Positions 1-10,156 of a stretch of 64,000 bases of DNA are shown here, in pieces; position 1 is the first letter of the stretch, and each line of letters starts with the position of its first letter. The stretch lies in NCBI GenBank assembly GCA_002840845.1, contig PHCS01000024.1, positions 21,760 to 85,759 of the forward strand, given 5' to 3'. Both the position numbers and the translations under genes were made by a program. Source of the DNA: Betaproteobacteria bacterium HGW-Betaproteobacteria-14 (GTDB taxonomy: Bacteria; Pseudomonadota; Gammaproteobacteria; Burkholderiales; Rhodocyclaceae). Below the pieces are notes generated by a model. That model saw nothing but the letters and a program-made list of their open reading frames with translations. It had not been told where the DNA came from and ran no database searches.

Positions 1-526
1 CGATGGCAGAGTGATCGGGCAACTTACGGATTTCATCTTCGAGCGCCTGGCCGGCAGCCTGCGCGAGCAGGGCTACTCGGCGCACGAGGTGGACGCCGTC
101 CTCGGTCTGGCGCCGCAGCGGCTCGGCGATATTCCGAAGCGCCTGGCGGCCGTGCGCACGTTCGCCGCGCTGCCCGAAGCAGCGAGTCTCGCTGCTGCCA
201 ACAAGCGCGTCGGCAACATCCTGAAGAAAGTCAGTGGCGGCGTGACGGCAAAGGTCGACCCGGCACGCCTCAAGGAGCCCGCCGAAGTCGCACTGAATGC
301 CGCGCTGGCTAAAGTGGGGCCTATAGCCGCTGCCGCTTTCGAGCAAGGCGACTACACGGCTTCGCTGCAATCGCTGGCGGCCCTGAAGGATCCCATCGAC
401 GATTTTTTCGATCATGTCATGGTGAACGTCGAGGATGAGGCATTGCGGACGAACCGACTCGGCCTGCTCGCCATCCTCCATGCGGCCATGAACCGTGTGG
501 CCGACTTGTCCAGGCTCTCCGCATGA
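1..526 (+). CDS. glyS: Glycyl-tRNA synthetase beta subunit, C-terminal fragment (5' end lies outside the window)
   Basis: The ORF is open to the window edge. Its C-terminal sequence ...EDEALRTNRLGLLAILHAAMNRVADLSRLS is typical of GlyS. It is followed by gmhB-plsC, a common proteobacterial arrangement. Confidence 0.8.
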   Translation, partial: DGRVIGQLTDFIFERLAGSLREQGYSAHEVDAVLGLAPQRLGDIPKRLAAVRTFAALPEAASLAAANKRVGNILKKVSGGVTAKVDPARLKEPAEVALNAALAKVGPIAAAAFEQGDYTASLQSLAALKDPIDDFFDHVMVNVEDEALRTNRLGLLAILHAAMNRVADLSRLSA

Positions 527-1056
527 AACTGGTCATCCTCGATCGCGACGGCGTCATCAACCACGACAGCGACCAGTTCATCAAGTCGCCGGAAGAGTGG
601 CTGCCGTTGCCGGGCAGCCTGGAGGCAATCGCCCGCCTGACGCAGTGGGGCTACCGCGTCGTGGTGGCGACCAACCAGTCCGGAATCGGTCGGGGCCTGT
701 TCGACATGAGCGCTCTCAATGCCATCCACGACAAGATGATCAAGGCGGTGGCGCTTGCCGGCGGACGCATCGACTCGATCTTTTTCTGTCCCCACGCGGC
801 GGATTCGACCTGCGAATGCCGCAAGCCGCGTCCTGGCATGCTGCGCGAAGTGGCGATGCGCTACAACGTCGACCTCAAGGGGGTCCCAGCCTTGGGCGAC
901 AGCCTGCGCGACCTGCAGGCCGCCGCCGCCGTGGGCGCACAACCCATCCTGGTGCTGACAGGCAAGGGCGCGAAAACGCATGACCACCCCGATCTGCCTC
1001 GCGAGACACTGGTGTTTCCGGATCTTGCCGCTGCAGCGGCATACCTCGCAGCATGA
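523..1056 (+). CDS. gmhB: D-glycero-beta-D-manno-heptose 1,7-bisphosphate phosphatase (HAD family)
   Basis: 177 aa. HAD motif I is ILDRDGVIN, and VVATNQSGIGRG is present. The Zn-binding insert CPHAADSTCECRKPRPGM is characteristic of GmhB. ATGA overlap with the glyS stop. Confidence 0.85.
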   Translation: MKLVILDRDGVINHDSDQFIKSPEEWLPLPGSLEAIARLTQWGYRVVVATNQSGIGRGLFDMSALNAIHDKMIKAVALAGGRIDSIFFCPHAADSTCECRKPRPGMLREVAMRYNVDLKGVPALGDSLRDLQAAAAVGAQPILVLTGKGAKTHDHPDLPRETLVFPDLAAAAAYLAA

Positions 1057-1835
1057 GCAGGACTCAGCCCAGCCCTCCTCGGCCGAGCTTGCAGATTGTC
1101 CTTCGCTCGGCCCTGTTCATGTTGCTGCTGGTGATCATCACGCCGCCCTATGCCCTGCTCGTCATGCTCTGTTTTCCGCTGCCGCATCGCCTGCGCCGGC
1201 AATCGGTTGTGCCATGGGTCACGATGGCGACCTGGCTGATCAAGCATCTGCTGCGTATCGACTATCGCGTGCTCGGACTGGAGAACATGCCGGATCGGCC
1301 CTCGGTGATCCTCGCCAAGCATCAATCGGCCTGGGAAACCATCGTGCTGCAGATGATTTTTCCATGGACGCTATTCGTCTGGAAAAGCGAACTCAAGCGG
1401 CTGCCTTTCTTTGGTTGGGCGCTGGCGGCGACCCCCATGATCTCCATTGACCGTGCCGGCGGCAAGGAGTCGCTAAGGCAGCTGGTCGAGCAGGGGCGAA
1501 TGCGCCTCAGCCAGGGTTATTGGGTGATCATTTTTCCGGAAGGCACGCGCACGCCGGTCGGGTCGCATCGTCGCTACAAGATCGGTGGTGCCCACCTTGC
1601 CGTGGAAACCGGTGCGCCCGCCGTGCCGGTGGCGCTCGATTCCGGCGAATTCTGGAGCCGCAGGGCCTTCATCAAGTATCCCGGCACCGTGACCGTCAGT
1701 ATCGGCCCGGCCATTGACCCGGCCGGGCTGACGGCGGAAGATGTCAATGCGCGCGCCGAAGCCTGGATGGAAAGCGAAATGCGCCGCATCTGCCCACATC
1801 GATATGAGCGTGATTCAACCCGACCTACAGCTTGA
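1053..1835 (+). CDS. plsC: 1-acyl-sn-glycerol-3-phosphate acyltransferase
   Basis: 260 aa with an N-terminal hydrophobic segment and acyltransferase blocks AKHQSAWE and IFPEGTR. 4-nt overlap with gmhB. Confidence 0.8.
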   Translation: MSRTQPSPPRPSLQIVLRSALFMLLLVIITPPYALLVMLCFPLPHRLRRQSVVPWVTMATWLIKHLLRIDYRVLGLENMPDRPSVILAKHQSAWETIVLQMIFPWTLFVWKSELKRLPFFGWALAATPMISIDRAGGKESLRQLVEQGRMRLSQGYWVIIFPEGTRTPVGSHRRYKIGGAHLAVETGAPAVPVALDSGEFWSRRAFIKYPGTVTVSIGPAIDPAGLTAEDVNARAEAWMESEMRRICPHRYERDSTRPTA

Positions 1836-2526
1836 CCTGCCGCTCGGTGGCTCACCGCCGGAAACTCCAGGCGGACAGTTTTCCCTTCAACTTGACGACC
1901 GGCCCCTGCCTTTCCGCCTGCGTCGTTCCCGCAGCGCGAAAGTGCGTTTGTCGGTGGACGAGCAGGGCCTGCGGGTGAGCGCGCCGCGCGGCATGGCCCT
2001 GCCGCAAATCGAGCAGGCCATTCGTGCCGGCAGCCATGCCATCGTCGGCAAACTGACCGACAAGACAGCGGGAGCCGGCAAGCTGCCGCTACCGGCACGC
2101 TGGCAGGACGGCACCACCTTCCCTTTTCTCGGCAGCGAAGTCACATTGCGCCTAGATGGCGCGCGCGAAGAAATCGAACTGCGCGAAGGCGCGCTGCATC
2201 TTCCCCTGCCGCCCCAGGCAGGAGAAAAGCAGATCAAGGACAGCGTGCAGGCCTGGCTGCAAGCGCAGGCGCGCCTCGCCATCGGGGCGCAGTTGGAAGC
2301 GGCATGCCAGCGCCTGGGCATGGCCATTCCTCCCTGGCGGCTGTCCTTTGCGGCCGGATCCTGGGGCGGCGTCGAGCGGGATGGGCGCCTGCGAATTTCC
2401 TGGCGACTCGTCCATGTCACACCGGAGGAAATCGGCAGCGTGGTATGCCGATGCCTTGCGCAACTCAAGGCGTCATCCCCCGCGCCGGAGTTGTGGGAAG
2501 AGAATGCGGCGACTCTTTCAGCTTGA
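1804..2526 (+). CDS. YgjP/DUF45-like protein, degenerate paralog lacking the HExxH metal site
   Basis: It aligns by eye with the next gene (LRVSAPRGM... / ...RISWRLVHV...). Where the paralog has [14 protein letters not shown], this copy has VVCRCLAQLKASS. The start was chosen at ATG 1804 (MSVIQPDLQL); ORF-track start 1741 lies inside plsC. Confidence 0.55.
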   Translation: MSVIQPDLQLDLPLGGSPPETPGGQFSLQLDDRPLPFRLRRSRSAKVRLSVDEQGLRVSAPRGMALPQIEQAIRAGSHAIVGKLTDKTAGAGKLPLPARWQDGTTFPFLGSEVTLRLDGAREEIELREGALHLPLPPQAGEKQIKDSVQAWLQAQARLAIGAQLEAACQRLGMAIPPWRLSFAAGSWGGVERDGRLRISWRLVHVTPEEIGSVVCRCLAQLKASSPAPELWEENAATLSA

Positions 2527-3256
2527 GTTGCCGCTGTTCCGGCGCGCTGCCCCGCCGGCGGAGCAGATCGGGCACATTCTGCTTGGCACGCGCATCGTCG
2601 ACTACCGATTGATCCGCTCGAGCCGGCGCACGCTTGGCATGACCATCGACCAGCGCGGATTGCGCGTCGGCGCCTCGCCGCGCACCTCACAGGCCGACAT
2701 CGAGCGTTTTCTACGCGCCAACGCCGCCTGGGTACTGAAGAAAATCGACGAGTGGCATGGCCATGGTCAGGCGCGCCATTTGGCGGTTTGCGATGGCGCA
2801 TTAATACCCGTGTTGGGCGAGGATTATGTTCTGCACATCCATGCAGGCGCCAACCGCGTGCGCTGGTCTGACCGGGCTTTGTTCCTGCTGGCGCGCCCGA
2901 ATGCCGACCTGCGGCAACTGGCACGCCGCGCCTTGCGCAACCGCGCACTCGACCTGTTCAAGGAGCGGGCCGCCCATTACGCCGCGCTGCTGCAACGGCC
3001 ACAACCGCGTGTGGCACTTTCCAATGCGCAGACGCGCTGGGGTAGCTGCAGCGAGAAGACCGGCATCCGCATTTCGTGGCGCCTCATCCATGCGCCGCCG
3101 CGCCTGCTGGATTACGTCGTGGCCCACGAGATGGCTCATCTCGTCGAGATGAATCACTCGCCGCGCTTCTGGGCAGTGGTGGAACGACTCTGCCCGGACT
3201 ACCGCTCGGCGCGTGGCGAACTCAGGCGGCTGGCCGCGACCTGCCCGGAACTGTAG
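2504..3256 (+). CDS. YgjP-like (DUF45, M48/WLM-type) zinc metallohydrolase
   Basis: Start at [12 protein letters not shown] within ORF 2156..3256. It has the DUF45 layout ([25 protein letters not shown]...[17 protein letters not shown]) and an intact [16 protein letters not shown] motif. Confidence 0.75.
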   Translation: MRRLFQLELPLFRRAAPPAEQIGHILLGTRIVDYRLIRSSRRTLGMTIDQRGLRVGASPRTSQADIERFLRANAAWVLKKIDEWHGHGQARHLAVCDGALIPVLGEDYVLHIHAGANRVRWSDRALFLLARPNADLRQLARRALRNRALDLFKERAAHYAALLQRPQPRVALSNAQTRWGSCSEKTGIRISWRLIHAPPRLLDYVVAHEMAHLVEMNHSPRFWAVVERLCPDYRSARGELRRLAATCPEL

Positions 3257-3270
3257 AACCAGGAGATATC

Positions 3271-3660
3271 ATGCGCATATTGCACACCATGCTTCGGGTC
3301 GGCGATCTCGACCGCTCGCTCAAGTTCTACACGGAAGTGCTGGGCATGCGGCTGTTGCGCCGTACCGATTACCCGGACGGCAAATTTACTCTCGCCTTCG
3401 TGGGTTACCAGGAGGAAAAGGACGGCGCTGTTCTGGAGCTGACTTTCAACTGGGGCGTGGAACGCTACGACCTGGGTACCGGCTATGGCCATGTCGCGCT
3501 GGAAGTGGATGACGCCTATGCTGCCTGCGACGAGATCAAGCGCCGCGGCGGCACGGTGACCCGCGAGGCGGGCCCGATGAAGCATGGCAGCACGGTCATC
3601 GCCTTCGTGCAGGATCCGGATGGCTACAAGATCGAACTGATTCAGAAGAAAACGCGCTGA
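3271..3660 (+). CDS. gloA: Lactoylglutathione lyase (glyoxalase I)
   Basis: 129 aa. [30 protein letters not shown]...HVALEVDD...[11 protein letters not shown] is a classical GloA sequence. An AGGAG-like RBS lies upstream of ATG 3271. Confidence 0.9.
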   Translation: MRILHTMLRVGDLDRSLKFYTEVLGMRLLRRTDYPDGKFTLAFVGYQEEKDGAVLELTFNWGVERYDLGTGYGHVALEVDDAYAACDEIKRRGGTVTREAGPMKHGSTVIAFVQDPDGYKIELIQKKTR

Positions 3661-3835
3661 AGCGCAGCCTGCGGGCATTCCTCGCCGCCTTCCCGGCGGC
3701 ATAGCTTCTCAACAAGATGATCACGTATCGAGCGGCCTGTTCGAGGGAGAGCGCATCCCTGGAGCCCGTCCGTCGATAATGCGATACGCATCATAGATAA
3801 TAACGTATCAAGAACTTGGCGCAAAAAATTCTATT

Positions 3836-4735
3836 GTGGCTAACCCAATGATAGGAATAGACTTGTCGCGCAACCGGGTACAACTGGTAGCCGGGCCTGA
3901 GTCGCAGATCGTGAATTACTTCACAGAAAGGATGACGAAAATGGAAACGCAAGACTGCTTGGAGGCAATTCAAGTTGTTTACCAGAACGCCAACAAAATC
4001 AACGCCGAGCCACGGGCGACCGAGATGCAGACGGAACGGTTGCCTTTCACGGTCAAATTGGTAACCAGCGAGGAGGATCTCGCCAAAGCGGTGTCCATAA
4101 GACATCAGGCTTATGCTCGCCATTTGCCTGCTGTTGCAGCGTCATTGGATAGGCCAGAGCTCCTTGATCATGATGAGGGTGCGGTTGTGGTTCTTGCGGA
4201 GTCGAAATTGGATGGGACGCCGGTCGGCACTATGCGGATTCAGCATAACCGCAATAAGAAGCTTGCTCTAGAGCATTCCGTGGATCTGCCCGGCTGGCTA
4301 AGAGACGAAAGTATTATTGAAATTGCCAGATTTGGTGTCGCAGATGGACGTATCGGAAGGCTTGTCAAGACAGTCTTGGTCAAGGCAGGGTTCCAGTACT
4401 GCCTGTTAAACGATATTGATTGGCTGGTCATTGCAGCCCGGTCGCCGTTAGACAGGCAGTATGAAAAACTGTTGTTCCAGGATGTCTTTCCGGAGGTAGG
4501 GTTTATCCCCATGCAACACGCAGGAAACATACCGCACCGGGTCTTGGCATTTGATGTTGCAAATGCATATGAAAGATGGACGGAAGCAAATCACCCGCTA
4601 TTCAACTTCATGTGCAAGACGCATCACCCTGACCTTCAGTTGGCGAACAGAAATGTGCCAACCGAGGCCATCATTGCCAGGCTGCCTGCCAAGTACCGGC
4701 ATTCTGGATTAAACCCTTTGGCATTAATGCCGTAA
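3836..4735 (+). CDS. GNAT-fold N-acyltransferase of the FeeM / LuxI-like type (putative N-acyl amino acid synthase); start uncertain (3836, 3932 or 3941)
   Basis: Lies in the low-G+C islet. The pattern FTVKLVTSEEDLAKAVSIRHQAYARH...GTPVGTMRI...IIEIARFGVADG...LLNDIDWLVIAARSPLDRQYEKLLF matches my recollection of FeeM / exosortase-associated acyltransferase families. The assignment rests on motif resemblance only. Confidence 0.45.
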   Translation: MANPMIGIDLSRNRVQLVAGPESQIVNYFTERMTKMETQDCLEAIQVVYQNANKINAEPRATEMQTERLPFTVKLVTSEEDLAKAVSIRHQAYARHLPAVAASLDRPELLDHDEGAVVVLAESKLDGTPVGTMRIQHNRNKKLALEHSVDLPGWLRDESIIEIARFGVADGRIGRLVKTVLVKAGFQYCLLNDIDWLVIAARSPLDRQYEKLLFQDVFPEVGFIPMQHAGNIPHRVLAFDVANAYERWTEANHPLFNFMCKTHHPDLQLANRNVPTEAIIARLPAKYRHSGLNPLALMP

Positions 4736-4761
4736 TAAACGGTGTATCTTGATTCACAACG

Positions 4762-7737
4762 TTGGTATATGCGATGAGACGATCTCAATTTAGATACCAG
4801 GGAATCGGTGCCGCTATTGATTCCCTGCTAAATGGGCTGTCTCTTTATTCTGTTCCGATCATCATCGGAATGGCCTCGCTGTACGCGCTGGTTGTTCTCG
4901 ATGACCAATATCCTTTTGGCGGTCAGAATTCTCTCCCCTTTCAGGTGTTGGAGCAGACTAGTGGCTCGATATCGACTTCAGAGGCGCTGCAGCAACTCGA
5001 TAGAAAAGCGCCCGTGTGGCATTACGACACCAAATTATCGGAATCACCTTTTTGGATTAGTTTTTTGCTGAATCCAACTGACAAGGATGATCCCTCCATC
5101 ATAGAAATACCATCGAGACACGCTGTTAAAACAGAATGCTGGACCTCTGCGGGACTTATCCAATTGGGGAAAGCAGATCGTACTGGATGGTCCGGCGCGA
5201 TCAAGATGGAAAAGACGGGCTTCTCGCTGAACGCAGGGACGCTGAAAGCAAGCACAAGGATCGTATGCAAAACAGAACATACAGGCCCAGCACGCATAAC
5301 TATTCTCCAATGGCCACAACCTCAGTTTGAACTGTCCGTTCAAAAGTTCCACAGAAATGCCGGACTCCTTGACGGCGGCTTGATTGTGCTTGCGTTATTT
5401 GTACTTGTAACAGCGATCATTAACAAAGAATGGACATATGTGCTTTTTGCGTCTTGGCTGGTTGCAAATTTACGCCTTGGCGCTTTATCGGCCGGATGGG
5501 ATATCCAGTGGTTGGAAAAGAATATACCGCCGGCCCTGATCGCCCCTATGCGGCAACTCACGATAGCTGCATATTACATCCTGACCTACGCCCTATTCAG
5601 GCGGTTGTTCGGTCAGGACCTAAAACGACTCTCACATGACTGGATGCTTTACGTAGCGCAGTGGACCTGTCTGTTGATACTTGGCTACGCGATATTTCTG
5701 CCATTCAAGTACTTTCTACCTCCAATGTGGGCGACGGCATCAGTTGGGGTGCTGGTGCTGGCGTTTCTAATGATCCGTATCCTTCTGGAAACGCGATCGA
5801 AGGTTGCAATGTGGTATGGCGCTTCACTTGGAATTGCGGTTTTCGCAAATCTCTATGAAGTTATTTCTGCATCGCTCGGATACAAAGGACTTATTGGTGC
5901 GGTGAATAGTGTCAGTGCGGCTTTGTCTTCCAGCCTGATGGCTGCGTTTGCCATCGCTGAGCAAATGAGGTTGGAGAGGGAGGCGCGCGTTAAGGCACAG
6001 ACGGAACTGCGCAACGCCTATGAGGCAATCCCGATCGGACTGTTTACCCTGACAGCTCAAGGCCAGTTCTCTCAGGCCAATCCGGCCTTGAGAGAGATGC
6101 TTGGCGTGCGCAGCGTGCCAAAAGATCACTGGAGCGATCATTTTGAGCTGGGAGCGTGGGACAAACTTCAGAAACTCGTTTTGAGCGGTGCAGGGCAGGA
6201 AATGGAAATCAGAAGTCTTGCCAGTTTGGGCAGGGACCAGAAATGGTTCATGGTGAAAGCCACTATGGCCAAGGACAAGATCGAGGGTTCGCTGCAGGAC
6301 GTGACTGACAAGGTCAAGGCAACGGGGAGGCTCCTCTTTCTTGCAGAGCATGATCCGCTTACGGGGATCCTGAACCGAAGAGGCATCGAAAAAGTGTTCG
6401 AAGAGTCGGTCTCTGAACTTGCCGAGGGGAATGCCATGGCCCTGGCTTACCTGGACTTGGATCGGTTCAAACTGATCAACGATCTGTTTGGCCATGTCGC
6501 CGGCGATGAGGTCTTGAAACAGGTGTGCGACCGCATACGTAGCATGCTGACCGAAGGGCAGAGCATTGGCCGGGTGGGGGGCGATGAATTCGTGATCGTG
6601 CTCAAAGGCACGCCGATCCAGTCCGCTGCTTGGATTTGCCGTGGGATAGTCGACAGAATTGGAACCCATCCATACCTGATCGGCGAGCGCGCATTTCAGG
6701 TGAAGGGCTCGATCGGCCTGGTCGAAATCGACAAAATCATGCGGGTCAAGGATGCCATTTCAGTGGCGGATCGGGCTTGCCGTGAAGCAAAGAATGGGAA
6801 TCATGGCAATCCAGTGGTGTATGACAAACATTCATCTGTGTTCCGGGAGCGCGAGGAAGAACTGCATCTGATCGAGCGCTTTGGCACCAATGCCGCCCCG
6901 GAAGGGCTGTTCCAGGTAATGCAGCCCATCATGTCATTAAGTGCGCCTTACGATTCCCTCAATTTCGAGGTGTTGCTCCGCATGCGGGAAGCCGATGGAT
7001 CAATCACTTCGGCCGGAAAGATCATCAGCGCGGCGGAAAGCAACGGACGCATCGCAGTGATCGACAAATGGGTTCTCATCAATACACTTGAGTGGGTCAA
7101 TACCCACTATGAACATCTCAAGAACACACGATTCGTCTGCCTGAATTTAAGCGGCGGATCCCTTAACGACGAAAAATTCATCAAGGATGCATTTTCGATA
7201 CTGGCGCAGTATGGGCGCACTGTGGAGCAGCTTTGCATCGAGATTACGGAAAGCGTTGCGCTGCACGATCTGGACAACACTCGACGTTTTATCGATGGGG
7301 TACGCAGCTACGGGGCGAAGATAGCACTCGATGATTTTGGAGCCGGATACACTTCTTTTTCCTACCTCAAGGAACTTCCGGCTGATGCCCTCAAAATCGA
7401 TGGGGAGTTCGTCAGGGGCGTGAACGCGCACCCCGCCAATCTGGCCATTGTCGAGGCGATCGTGGAACTCGCGCGCAATCTTGGCATGAAGAGCATCGCC
7501 GAATGGGCTGAGGATTGCGCCACGGTTGAATCCCTGGCGCAAATTGGAGTCGATTATGTACAGGGATTTGCCATCGCCACGCCCCAGGAGCCGGGCAAGA
7601 TGCTGCTTGCCGAGTCCTCGGCAAGTTTCATCGAGGATGCTGGCGTGGCGGCTTTCGTTCGCAACACACTAGCGCAGGGGCGGACTAAGGATATGCTGGA
7701 GCAGCCTGGTGACATTTCGCGGATCAACCTGCATTGA
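4762..7737 (+). CDS. Membrane c-di-GMP signalling protein: 7TMR-DISMED2-like periplasmic domain, 7TM region, PAS, GGDEF, EAL
   Basis: 991 aa.
- N-terminal ~190-aa extracytoplasmic region followed by about 7 hydrophobic helices (aa ~200-400).
- PAS (AYEAIPIGLFTLTAQGQFSQANPALREMLG).
- GGDEF domain (DPLTGILNRRG...RVGGDEFVIVL) with no RxxD I-site.
- EAL domain (EVLLRM, NLSGGS, EITES, DDFGAGYTSFSYL, KIDGEFV, QGF).
- ATG 4774 is an alternative start. Confidence 0.85.
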   Translation: MVYAMRRSQFRYQGIGAAIDSLLNGLSLYSVPIIIGMASLYALVVLDDQYPFGGQNSLPFQVLEQTSGSISTSEALQQLDRKAPVWHYDTKLSESPFWISFLLNPTDKDDPSIIEIPSRHAVKTECWTSAGLIQLGKADRTGWSGAIKMEKTGFSLNAGTLKASTRIVCKTEHTGPARITILQWPQPQFELSVQKFHRNAGLLDGGLIVLALFVLVTAIINKEWTYVLFASWLVANLRLGALSAGWDIQWLEKNIPPALIAPMRQLTIAAYYILTYALFRRLFGQDLKRLSHDWMLYVAQWTCLLILGYAIFLPFKYFLPPMWATASVGVLVLAFLMIRILLETRSKVAMWYGASLGIAVFANLYEVISASLGYKGLIGAVNSVSAALSSSLMAAFAIAEQMRLEREARVKAQTELRNAYEAIPIGLFTLTAQGQFSQANPALREMLGVRSVPKDHWSDHFELGAWDKLQKLVLSGAGQEMEIRSLASLGRDQKWFMVKATMAKDKIEGSLQDVTDKVKATGRLLFLAEHDPLTGILNRRGIEKVFEESVSELAEGNAMALAYLDLDRFKLINDLFGHVAGDEVLKQVCDRIRSMLTEGQSIGRVGGDEFVIVLKGTPIQSAAWICRGIVDRIGTHPYLIGERAFQVKGSIGLVEIDKIMRVKDAISVADRACREAKNGNHGNPVVYDKHSSVFREREEELHLIERFGTNAAPEGLFQVMQPIMSLSAPYDSLNFEVLLRMREADGSITSAGKIISAAESNGRIAVIDKWVLINTLEWVNTHYEHLKNTRFVCLNLSGGSLNDEKFIKDAFSILAQYGRTVEQLCIEITESVALHDLDNTRRFIDGVRSYGAKIALDDFGAGYTSFSYLKELPADALKIDGEFVRGVNAHPANLAIVEAIVELARNLGMKSIAEWAEDCATVESLAQIGVDYVQGFAIATPQEPGKMLLAESSASFIEDAGVAAFVRNTLAQGRTKDMLEQPGDISRINLH

Positions 7738-7822
7738 GCTCTGGCAGCAGTGAGGCTTGATGCATAACCCGCGGCCCCTTGAAGCGGGGCATGCATTGCA
7801 GGATGGGAGTTGATACGAGAGT

Positions 7823-7899
<77 letters not shown>

Positions 7900-7915
7900 C
7901 GCGGGGATGATACAG

Positions 7916-7939
7916 AATCGGCAGCCAAGGCTGCCGATT
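7916..7939 (-). terminator. Hairpin between the rpoD stop and the tRNA (weak terminator or processing site)
   Basis: The stem aatcggcag/ctgccgatt follows the rpoD TAA directly. On the minus strand no U-tract follows it, so read-through into the tRNA is plausible. Confidence 0.3.
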
Positions 7940-7945
7940 TTCTTC

Positions 7946-10102
<2,157 letters not shown>

Positions 10103-10156
10103 GTTGTTCCTCAGTAAGAGCGGTATGCGGGGAAAACCGAAAATTATACCAAAAAA

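Noticed and set aside
3661-3840. A direct repeat of the tRNA 3' end at the gloA-proximal islet border (att site).
   Set aside because: Only a very weak resemblance (ggcctgttcgagg vs ggccgtgttggactcgaacc) was seen by eye, which is not enough to call. A proper alignment is needed.
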